Origin: an uncultured bacterium
GTDB taxonomy: Bacteria; Krumholzibacteriota; Krumholzibacteriia; LZORAL124-64-63
NCBI GenBank assembly: GCA_963727525.1
Contig: CAVSGO010000005.1
Span: forward strand, 576,001-640,000
Direction of reading: 5' to 3'
Length of the DNA: 64,000 nucleotides
The position numbers and the translations under genes were made by a program. Within the stretch, counting starts at the first letter, position 1. The number at the start of each line of letters is the position of its first letter. This document shows positions 49,357 to 57,447 of this stretch, piece by piece. The notes beneath the pieces are model-generated. The model saw only the letters and a list, made by a program, of their open reading frames with translations, made no database searches and had not been told where the DNA came from.

Positions 49357-50403
49357 TCACATGCCGTCCCAGAATCTTACGGAGAGGCTCACCCAGCTAT
49401 CATGGCCACTGGCGCGGAAAGGGTCGGGATCGCCGGGAAAATCCCAGGTGTCGGCGCGCGACGTCTGCCAGCTCACGCCGATGTCGAGGAATCGCGGGCG
49501 TTCACTGTGGCGGCGCTGCAGCAACAGCCCGGCGCGCAGAGCGTAGCCCCAGTCCTGTTGCTCGACCACGATGCCGTCGGTCACCTGGCCCGTGCGCGGA
49601 TCGACGAAGAGCCCGCCCCACACCAGCGACCGGATGTAATAGCCGCCGTCGACCTCGGCATAGAAGCTGGCGCGCTTGCTCACGCGCTGGCGTCCCAGCA
49701 TGCCCATGGCGAAGCTGAAGGTATTGCTGCGGCCGTCACCGTAGAGCGATTCGAAATCGCCATTGATGTTCCCGAAACCCGCCGTGAAGTTCAGCATGGC
49801 CGCCGCGTGCTCGAGGAACGGGTAGCCGAACCCCACGCCGATCATGCCCATGGGCGTGAAGAATTTGTCGAAATCGCTGGCGTTCTTGCGCACGCCGGCC
49901 TCGAGCAGGGCCATCCATCGCCCCCGCATTGCGGGGAACCCGGCCGGCACCTTCGGTGCCGGAGCCCGCAGCGCCAGCGTGGCGAGCGGCACCTCCGGCC
50001 AGGTGCGACCCTCCGGCGGTGGCGACGGGATGCCGGGGGCCGACGGCGGCGGCGTGCCGGCCAGGATGGCCGCGGCCCGCGCGCGCAGATCCTGCCACTG
50101 TGCCCACGAGAGGAAACGCTGGCGTTCGCGGCGCACGCCGTGCTCATCGAGCACGAGCTTCGCCATCACGCCGCCCCACCGGGCGTAGTGGAATGACGCC
50201 TGCAACACGGAGTCGGGTTCGTCAGGAAAAAGGCCCAGCCGCGTGATGGTGGCCGCGTCGAGCACCACCGGCAGCCCCGGGGCGAGCGTCACCGTCTGGG
50301 TGGCCGGCGGTGGTGGTGCAGCCGTCCCCGCACCCGGAGCGACCGCGAGGATGAACAGGCACCCTGCAAGGACGCCGGCACGGGCTGAGGGCGGGTTCTT
50401 CAT
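49357..50403 (-). CDS. Hypothetical exported/outer-membrane protein
   Basis: Signal-peptide-like N-terminus, Pro-rich linker, amphipathic beta-strand C-half ending WVSLSVRFWDGM; start uncertain. Confidence 0.55.
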   Translation of the reverse strand: MKNPPSARAGVLAGCLFILAVAPGAGTAAPPPPATQTVTLAPGLPVVLDAATITRLGLFPDEPDSVLQASFHYARWGGVMAKLVLDEHGVRRERQRFLSWAQWQDLRARAAAILAGTPPPSAPGIPSPPPEGRTWPEVPLATLALRAPAPKVPAGFPAMRGRWMALLEAGVRKNASDFDKFFTPMGMIGVGFGYPFLEHAAAMLNFTAGFGNINGDFESLYGDGRSNTFSFAMGMLGRQRVSKRASFYAEVDGGYYIRSLVWGGLFVDPRTGQVTDGIVVEQQDWGYALRAGLLLQRRHSERPRFLDIGVSWQTSRADTWDFPGDPDPFRASGHDSWVSLSVRFWDGM

Positions 50404-50536
50404 GCCCGTCATGATAGAAGCGTCTCGCCCGGGTTTCCAGCCCTGGTCTCGCGCCCGCCGGTCTTGCCACCCGTCGACGCGGCGGTTACCCTGCGCGTGC
50501 ACACCGCCGACGCCCGAGGCCCGATCAGGAGTCGTC

Positions 50537-51169
50537 ATGAGCGAAGCGCTACCTCCCCTGCCGGCGAGTCATGAGCTCGTCGCCATCTTCGATCACGTGG
50601 TCGGTCGCTGGCACGACCGCGAGAGCGCCATCGACGACTGGTCCGGCGCGCAGCGCGAGTGTCCCGAGCCTGCCGGCGAGGCTGCGGCGCTGGTCCAACG
50701 GTTGATTCTCATCAACACCTTCCAGTGGCACGAGGAGGATCGCAGTCGCGATCTCGGGGCCGATGACCACGTGCTCGCCGCCGTGAAGCGCTCGATCGAC
50801 GCCTCGAACCGGCGGCGCGTGCAGACCATCGACGACCTCGACGCCTGGTACGTCGCCGCCCTGGGCGACCGACAGAGCGCCAACGCGCCGGTGCCGAGCG
50901 AGACGGTGGGCAGCATCGTCGACCGCCTGTCGATCCTCGCGCTCAAGCGCTACCACGTCCAGGAAGCCTGCGACGCCGCGGCCGCTGGCGACCGGAATGC
51001 CATGCGCACGCGCTTGACGGTGCTCGACGAGCAGTACGGCGACCTCGCCGCCTGCTACGACCGCATCCAGGCCGATGTCCTGGCCGGCCGCCTGCGCCTG
51101 AAGCGGTACCGCCAGGTGAAGGTGTATCGCGATGCCGCCACGGGGCACCTGCGCGCCGACATCTCCTGA
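50537..51169 (+). CDS. DUF4254-like protein
   Basis: INTFQWHEED, VKRSIDASN..R, SETVGSIVDRLSILALK.YH and YRQVKVY motifs; AGGAG RBS. Confidence 0.75.
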   Translation: MSEALPPLPASHELVAIFDHVVGRWHDRESAIDDWSGAQRECPEPAGEAAALVQRLILINTFQWHEEDRSRDLGADDHVLAAVKRSIDASNRRRVQTIDDLDAWYVAALGDRQSANAPVPSETVGSIVDRLSILALKRYHVQEACDAAAAGDRNAMRTRLTVLDEQYGDLAACYDRIQADVLAGRLRLKRYRQVKVYRDAATGHLRADIS

Positions 51170-51306
51170 TTCACGTCCGGTAACTGGCATTCCCGCCGGA
51201 TTGTCATAATCTAGAGTTAATTGGTGATTTTTTCGTGTCACGGCCCGGCCGCGGCGGCGTACTGCTGGTGTGTGACGACCAGGCACCATCCACGAGGAGT
51301 GATCCG

Positions 51307-52140
51307 ATGCCCCATACCCGCATGCTCACCGCGCTCGCGCTCGCCGCGATCCTCGCCGCCGGCGCCGGCCAGGCCCTCGCCCAGGCCCAGATCGGCGATC
51401 TCGCCCCCGATTTCACGCTCGCCGGCAACGATGGCAACAGCTACACGCTGAGCGACTACCGCCAGGACGGCAATCAGCAGGTGGTTCTCCTCTTCATGAT
51501 GGGCTACGCCTGAGGCGCCTGCATCCAGGACAGCCCCAGTTTGGAGGCTATCGTTCAGTCCTACGCCGGCCGGCCGTTGACGGCCTTCGCCTGCGACTTC
51601 TGGAACGGCAACGACCTGCAGTGCGACCTCTTCCAGCAGACCACGGGCATCTCGTTCCCCGTGCTGGAGATGGCGTCGCCCCTCGGCGCGCCGAACATGT
51701 ACAACTGCAGCTACCACTATTGCTTCGTCCTCGACGGCGACGGCGTGGTGCAGTACCGTGGCGCCGGCGTGAACATCCCCGCTCTGAGCCAGGTGATCGA
51801 AGAGGCCGTGAACCGACTCGAGGATCAGAACAACGTCGGGGTGAACGACACGCCGGCAGCCGGCGCCTCGCTGGCGCCCAACGTGCCGAATCCGTTCAAC
51901 CCGGCCACGCGCCTGCCCTTCACGGTGGATCGCGACGGCCTGAGCGTGACGATCGGCGTGTACGACATGCGGGGTCAGCTCGTGCGCACCCTTGCGACGG
52001 GCCCGCAACCGGCCGGCCGCCACGAGGTGACGTGGAACGGCCGCGACACGAACGGCCGCCTGATGCCCAGCGGCGCCTACGTCGCACGCCTGCGCGCCGG
52101 CGGCGCGGAGCAGGCCCGGGTCATGACGCTGGTCAAGTGA
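51307..52140 (+). CDS. Probable selenoprotein: signal peptide + redoxin (AhpC/TSA/TlpA-like, UxxC) + FlgD-like C-terminal domain
   Basis: [26 protein letters not shown][TGA]GAC continues in frame to [35 protein letters not shown]; 277 aa with U69. Confidence 0.85.
51532..51549 (+). promoter_or_regulatory. Candidate bacterial SECIS hairpin
   Basis: AGCC-CCA-GTT-TGG-a-GGCT stem-loop; apical GU lies about 25 nt after the TGA at 51511-51513. Confidence 0.6.
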
Positions 52141-52159
52141 TACCGGCCCGCAGCGGGAG

Positions 52160-53086
52160 GTGGGCGTGGCTGACACGGCATACCTGATCGACGGCATGGC
52201 ATACGTCTTTCGCAGCTACTACGCCATGCGCCCGATGACGGCGCCCGACGGCACGCCCATCAATGCGGTGTTCGGCCTCGGCATGACGCTGCAAAAGTTC
52301 CTGCGCGACCACAAGCCCGTTCACCTGGCCTGCTGCCTCGACGCCGGCGCCCACACCTTCCGCAACGAGATGTACCCGCTGTACAAGGCCAACCGCGGCG
52401 CCGCCCCTGCGGACCTCGTACCGCAATTCGATCTCTGCCGCGCACTCGTGGCGGCCCTTGGCATCCCGGTGGCCATGTGCCCCGGCTACGAGGCCGACGA
52501 CATCATCGCCACCCTCACCGATCGTCTACGCGCCGAAAGCCTCGACGTGGTCATCGTGTCGGGCGACAAGGACCTCGCCCAGCTCGTGGGTCCCGGCGTG
52601 CGCATCTACAACCTGGCCCGCGACGAATGGTGGGACGAGACCAACGTCCACGAACGCCTCGGCGTCCCCGCCATCCAGGTGCGCGACCTGCTCGCCCTCA
52701 CCGGCGACACCTCGGACAACATCCCCGGCGTGCGCGGCATCGGCCCCAAGGCCGCCATCGCCCTGCTCGCCGGGTTCGGCGACCTGGCGGGGATCTACGC
52801 CGATCTGGACCGCGTGGAAACCCTGCCGCTGCGCGGCGCGAAGTCGCTGCGCCGCAAGCTCGAGGACGGACGCGAGGCGGCCTTCCTGAGCCGTCGCCTC
52901 GTCGACCTGCACCGCGAGGCACCATGCCCGTTCACGGGCGCGGACCTTCGCTGGCGTGGCGTCGACCCGACGGTGCTGGGCGCATTCGCACAGCAATGGG
53001 GACTGGGACGCGTGGCCACCACGCTCGCGGGCGGCAACCCCAGCGATCCACGAACCAGCAGCCAGCACGAATCTTCCGGGTCTTGA
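52160..53086 (+). CDS. Stand-alone 5'-3' exonuclease/flap endonuclease (PolA N-terminal-like)
   Basis: LIDG..FRSYYA, YKANR, EADDIIATL, SGDKDL and GDTSDNIPGVRGIGPK motifs; no polymerase domain. Confidence 0.92.
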   Translation: MGVADTAYLIDGMAYVFRSYYAMRPMTAPDGTPINAVFGLGMTLQKFLRDHKPVHLACCLDAGAHTFRNEMYPLYKANRGAAPADLVPQFDLCRALVAALGIPVAMCPGYEADDIIATLTDRLRAESLDVVIVSGDKDLAQLVGPGVRIYNLARDEWWDETNVHERLGVPAIQVRDLLALTGDTSDNIPGVRGIGPKAAIALLAGFGDLAGIYADLDRVETLPLRGAKSLRRKLEDGREAAFLSRRLVDLHREAPCPFTGADLRWRGVDPTVLGAFAQQWGLGRVATTLAGGNPSDPRTSSQHESSGS

Positions 53087-53171
53087 CGCCCGCTACCTGA
53101 GAACCGTGGCCACCATGCTTCACCAGTTAGTCCCGCATTGCACGGAGATGCCGGTCGGACTGAATACGGAA

Positions 53172-53201
53172 GGACCCCGCCACGTCGCAGCAGCGGGGTC
53201 C
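53172..53201 (-). terminator. Hairpin downstream of the RRM gene
   Basis: GGACCCCGC...GCGGGGTCC inverted repeat between convergent genes. Confidence 0.55.
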
Positions 53202-53228
53202 CAATCATCAACCCGAGGGCTGACTAAC

Positions 53229-53534
53229 CTACCAACGGTCGCCGCCACCACGGCCACCGCCGTAGCCGCCGCCACCGCCGCCGCCGCCACGAGGCTTGTC
53301 CTGAGCCTCGTTCACCTTCAGCGCGCGACCGCCCATCTCCTTGCCGTCCAGAGCCTGCTGGGCAGCCGTCGCCGCAGCATCGTCCATCTCGATGAAGCCG
53401 AAGCCCCGGGGACGGCCGGTCTCGCGGTCCATGATCAGCGCGACCGAGTGAACGGTGCCGTGGGTACCGAACAGCTCCCTGATCTCATCTTCGGTGGCAG
53501 TGAAGGGTAGGTTGCCAATGTAGAGCTTTTTCAA
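53229..53534 (-). CDS. RRM RNA-binding protein with Gly-rich tail
   Basis: RNP2 LYIGNL, RNP1 RGFGFIEM, LKVNEA and GGGG/RGG tail; TTG start. Confidence 0.94.
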   Translation of the reverse strand: MKKLYIGNLPFTATEDEIRELFGTHGTVHSVALIMDRETGRPRGFGFIEMDDAAATAAQQALDGKEMGGRALKVNEAQDKPRGGGGGGGGYGGGRGGGDRW

Positions 53535-54050
53535 GGTCTTCTCTCCAGATGCCGGCGTTCCGGCTTAACCGAGCGATCAGAATCACCAGCTTCTTCCGGT
53601 GCATCCCGCGCGCTACAGAGTTGGCCCGGCAGTCACATTGACGGCCGAACCTCATCCCCCGATGGTCGAGGGAATCTCACGGCCCCCAGGTTCCCAAGGT
53701 GCGGGAGCCGGCGGCCTATTGCTGAAATGTATCCTATAACTGTCTCCGAGTCCTGCTTTATCTGCACGCCCTGACGTCGCACTGAAAATGGCGGTCGAAA
53801 AGTGTGGCAGGCAGCCCCGAGTTGTTTGATGTTTCATCTTGTTATTGAGAGCGCCTATCACCTGACTGCGAACGAAGCCTCTTCGCGGTACCTCCGCTTC
53901 TTGCCGTTCAGCAACCGGACTTCGACGGGGCTCGTGTCAATGTTCGCCCTAATTCCCCAGCTTGGACTCGAATTCCGCGGTTGTATGGTTCACAGCCGAG
54001 CCTATGTCTACCGACGTCTCGTGGGGCGCGATGACCAGCTGGGCTGGCCG

Positions 54051-56603
54051 CTAGCGGACGAGGGTTACGGATGTTGTGCGGATGCCGCTGGCGCACTCGA
54101 GGCGGCAGAGGTACGTGCCTGACTCGACTGGTCGACCTGTGGCGTCGCGGCCGTTCCAGGTGGCTTGGCCCTCGCCGGCGGAGATGTCGGCTGATAGCAG
54201 GGTCACGATGTGGTGGCCGCGCAGGTCGTAGAGGGCGAGTTGCGCGAAGCCGGGACGGTCGGCCTGGTAGCGCAGGGTTGTTGTCGGGTTGAACGGGTTG
54301 GGGCGAGCCGTGACGGTGACGCTTGTCACGACAGGTACGTCGACCGCGAGCTCCTCGACCGTGACGTCGTCCAGGGCGAGCGCGTAGGACATCGTCGCGC
54401 CGGCGACGAGGTGGGCGTCGAGGTCGGTTGCGGCGAAGCCGTTGTCGCTCGCGGTGACTGCGACCGGCCAGGTCAGGGCGCCGAGGTGGGCCGTGAGTCG
54501 GAAATCCGAGGCTTCGCGCGCCGGGGCGCGCCAGCTCAGTGTCACGCAGCCGGGCACGGCGTGCGCCGCGAAATCGGCAACCTCCACGCCCACTGGACCA
54601 CCGCATTCGCAGGCGTCGCAACCTGATGGGAGTGCGCCGATGAGCAGGTCGTTGTGGAGAGGATTGTGCGGCGGCAGACACCACGAATCGGCGCAGAGCG
54701 ACAGGACGCCCGTTTCAAGATCGCAGAAGCAGGGGGGTGCCAGGAAATTGTCGCGCAGATCGAGCTGGTCGGCGATGGGAGCGGTCCAGTCGCCCCCCTC
54801 GTTACCGAACATATCGCAGGCTCGAAAGTAGGCGTCGCCGTCCTGGAGCAGCAGGATTGCCGGGCCGCTATCGCTCGTGAACGCCACGATGGACTGTTCC
54901 ATGCGCAGGTAACCCGACTGGCTGAAGAGCGCGGCCCCCGACGAGTGGTTCCCCGCCACCGTGCACGAGAAAGCATCCACGTGCGCATCTTGCGCGGAGA
55001 TCGCGGCGCCGAACACGCCCGCGTTGTCGTGGAACACGCAGCTCCGCAAGACCGGCCACGCGCCGTCCGTTGTCGCCAGGCCCGCACCCCAGACGGCCCA
55101 GTTGCCCTCGAAACGGCAGTCCTCGAATACCGGCGATCCGCTCTCCACGAGCGCGCCGCCGCCGGCGCCGTTGCTCGAGCCACCGCGCACCGTGAGGCCC
55201 ACGACGCGGGAATCCACACCCTCGACACCGTGGAAATGGAATCCGCGACCTTCTCCCTCGGCGTCGATGATGCATGCCTGGGGATCGCCCGACGCCGAGC
55301 GGAGCGTGAGCGCCTTGCCATGGAAGTCCAGATCGCGATTGCCCGGCCCGCTGAAGGTGCCGTCGGCAAGCAGCACCTCGCCACCGGCCGGCACGATGTC
55401 GATCGCGCTCTGGACCGTGGACAGCGCGCCGTGGCCGTCGGGATAGACGACGTAGCCGTCGCTCACGCAACCCTCGCCATAGAGACCGATCTGCTCGCCG
55501 CAGGCATTGTTGGCCGCCAGACAGGGCGAGATGTCCGCGAGCCCCAGGTCGCCGCCGGCGAGGTCGCAGACCAGGGGATTGGCGTCGATGTTGCCGTCGA
55601 CCCGGAGCTGATCGGCGATCGTATAGTGCCACGTGCCACCGTTGGTGAAGATGTCACAGCAGTGGAACGTCGGTGGTGACTGCGGATCGCCGATGATCGC
55701 ATAGGTGCCCTCGCTGAAGGCGAAGAGGCAATGCTCGAAGGTCGGGGTCAGCCACTCGTCGTTGGCCTGGCACATGACGTCCCCCACGAGGTCGCCGCCA
55801 TTGGCGAGGAACGTGCAGCCGGAGACGGTTCCGCCAGCGTCGAAGAAATAGATGCCTCCGCCGTATTCGCCGTGGTTGCGAGTGAAGAGGCAATCAGTCA
55901 CATCGGTGTTCGTGACGGAGAGGGCGACGGGATTGAACGAGCAAATATTGTCGCGGAACACGCAATGTTCGAAATGCCCCGATGCGCTATCCTTGTGCAC
56001 GATGGTGCCGGCGCCGATGACGTGGTCGTGAAATTCGCAGCGCCGGAGCGTCAGACCGTTGCCGTTGGCCCATATGGCAGCACCGGTCGCGCAGATGTTG
56101 CCGGCAAACTCGCTATCCTCGATGAGGTCCGTGAAGTCGGACCACAGATTGCGGATCCGGATCGCTCCTCCACCTTCCGACGCCCGGTTGTTCAGGAAGC
56201 GGCAGTGCCGCGCCGTCAGACCACCGCCCTCGATCGATACCGCGCCACCGCCGGCGGGACGATTCCCGTTCGTGATGGTCAGGCCGACCAGGGTCAGGCG
56301 AAACTCGGCGGTCTGATCGAATCCACCGGACTGCTCCAGGTCGACGACGCACGCGGTCGCGTCACCGGATAGCGACTGGAAATAATAGTCGTGTGGACCG
56401 AGCACGAGATCGCGATTCCCGGGGCCCGTGAAGACGCCGTCGGCCAGCACGATCGTATCGCCGGCCGCAGCCGCCGCGATGGCCGTCTGGAGGTCGGGGA
56501 CATCGCCCGCACCGTCGGGGGCGACGTGGATCTGCGCCGCGGTGGCAGTGAGACCTGCGAGGACGATGGCGAGCGGGAGCATCCGCAAAGCTGGTCGGAA
56601 CAC
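54051..56603 (-). CDS. Secreted protein with two tandem beta-helix modules and a FlgD-like C-terminal domain
   Basis: Signal peptide; duplicated V.PDG.G..Q.AI..LADG.F.GPGNRDL; GGA/C.F..N repeats; PNPFNP...WNGRD...SGTY...VTLVR. Confidence 0.85.
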   Translation of the reverse strand: MFRPALRMLPLAIVLAGLTATAAQIHVAPDGAGDVPDLQTAIAAAAAGDTIVLADGVFTGPGNRDLVLGPHDYYFQSLSGDATACVVDLEQSGGFDQTAEFRLTLVGLTITNGNRPAGGGAVSIEGGGLTARHCRFLNNRASEGGGAIRIRNLWSDFTDLIEDSEFAGNICATGAAIWANGNGLTLRRCEFHDHVIGAGTIVHKDSASGHFEHCVFRDNICSFNPVALSVTNTDVTDCLFTRNHGEYGGGIYFFDAGGTVSGCTFLANGGDLVGDVMCQANDEWLTPTFEHCLFAFSEGTYAIIGDPQSPPTFHCCDIFTNGGTWHYTIADQLRVDGNIDANPLVCDLAGGDLGLADISPCLAANNACGEQIGLYGEGCVSDGYVVYPDGHGALSTVQSAIDIVPAGGEVLLADGTFSGPGNRDLDFHGKALTLRSASGDPQACIIDAEGEGRGFHFHGVEGVDSRVVGLTVRGGSSNGAGGGALVESGSPVFEDCRFEGNWAVWGAGLATTDGAWPVLRSCVFHDNAGVFGAAISAQDAHVDAFSCTVAGNHSSGAALFSQSGYLRMEQSIVAFTSDSGPAILLLQDGDAYFRACDMFGNEGGDWTAPIADQLDLRDNFLAPPCFCDLETGVLSLCADSWCLPPHNPLHNDLLIGALPSGCDACECGGPVGVEVADFAAHAVPGCVTLSWRAPAREASDFRLTAHLGALTWPVAVTASDNGFAATDLDAHLVAGATMSYALALDDVTVEELAVDVPVVTSVTVTARPNPFNPTTTLRYQADRPGFAQLALYDLRGHHIVTLLSADISAGEGQATWNGRDATGRPVESGTYLCRLECASGIRTTSVTLVR

Positions 56604-56704
56604 GACGTCACCCTCCTTGACGATCTGTGTGCTACGACTCTATCACATGGCGCTGCCGTGGGCAAAGAAGTTCAGATGGCTCGCATTCAGATCGCTCGCG
56701 CGGC

Positions 56705-57286
56705 CTAATCCTCGAACAGCGCCTTCACGCTGCCCCACGAGGTGGGCGCGACCGGCGTGCTCCCGCCGGCGTAGTGGACTTCCACCGTCATGTCGGTGAA
56801 CACGACGTTCTGGCCCTCGCAGTCCTGAGCGTAGTTGAGGGGGCCGGCGATCAGGTAGTAGAGGCCGGTCTGGTCGGTGAGGAAGCGGAAGGTGAGGGTG
56901 GCCAGGTGCAGGTAGTCGCCGCCGAGGCAGGTGTCGCTGGTGGAGTCGACGCCGCCGAGGGCGGAGCCGGTGTGGTGGCAGATCGCGTCGTACTGCTCGT
57001 CGACGATCTCCACGGCTCCGTCGCAGCAGGCCTGCAGCACGGCCCACGAGAAGCGGGTGTAGCTGGCCGGCAGGAGGGTGGCATCCTCGGGCGGGAGCAC
57101 GAGGACGTAGAGCTGGAACTCCTCGTCGCCGCTGACATCGATGCTGTTGACGAGGTGATCGGATGCGGCCGACAGGCCGATCCGGGGAAACGTGATGGCG
57201 CGGGCGGTGGTCGACGCCAGGAGCGCGGTGAACAGGACGGCGACGGTGGCGAGCAGGAATCGGTGGCGCTGGAGTCCCTGGTTCAT
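56705..57286 (-). CDS. Small secreted Cys-containing protein ending TPVAPTSWGSVKALFED
   Basis: Signal peptide (..TTARA), GGAGG RBS, strong GC3 bias. Confidence 0.8.
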   Translation of the reverse strand: MNQGLQRHRFLLATVAVLFTALLASTTARAITFPRIGLSAASDHLVNSIDVSGDEEFQLYVLVLPPEDATLLPASYTRFSWAVLQACCDGAVEIVDEQYDAICHHTGSALGGVDSTSDTCLGGDYLHLATLTFRFLTDQTGLYYLIAGPLNYAQDCEGQNVVFTDMTVEVHYAGGSTPVAPTSWGSVKALFED

Positions 57287-57447
57287 GGCACCCTCCCGGG
57301 TCGATACATGAGATTTATCATCGTCATTTTAGCGGAATCGTCGTCCGGGAGCAAGAACCGTTGGCATAGCGTGGCGCGACCGGACGATTTCCGATACAAT
57401 CCAGGTTCGATTCCCGAGTGGTCCCCGTGACAAGGAATCTGGAGTTC

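Noticed and set aside
51511-51513. Genome-wide TGA recoding (Trp/Gly) as the explanation of the in-frame TGA
   Set aside because: TGA ends many conserved genes here at the expected length (e.g. rplJ, rplK, ddl, radA), and tRNA-Trp has a CCA anticodon.
52160-53086. Truncated polA pseudogene
   Set aside because: Complete nuclease motifs, a clean end, and no polymerase remnant downstream; fits a stand-alone flap endonuclease.
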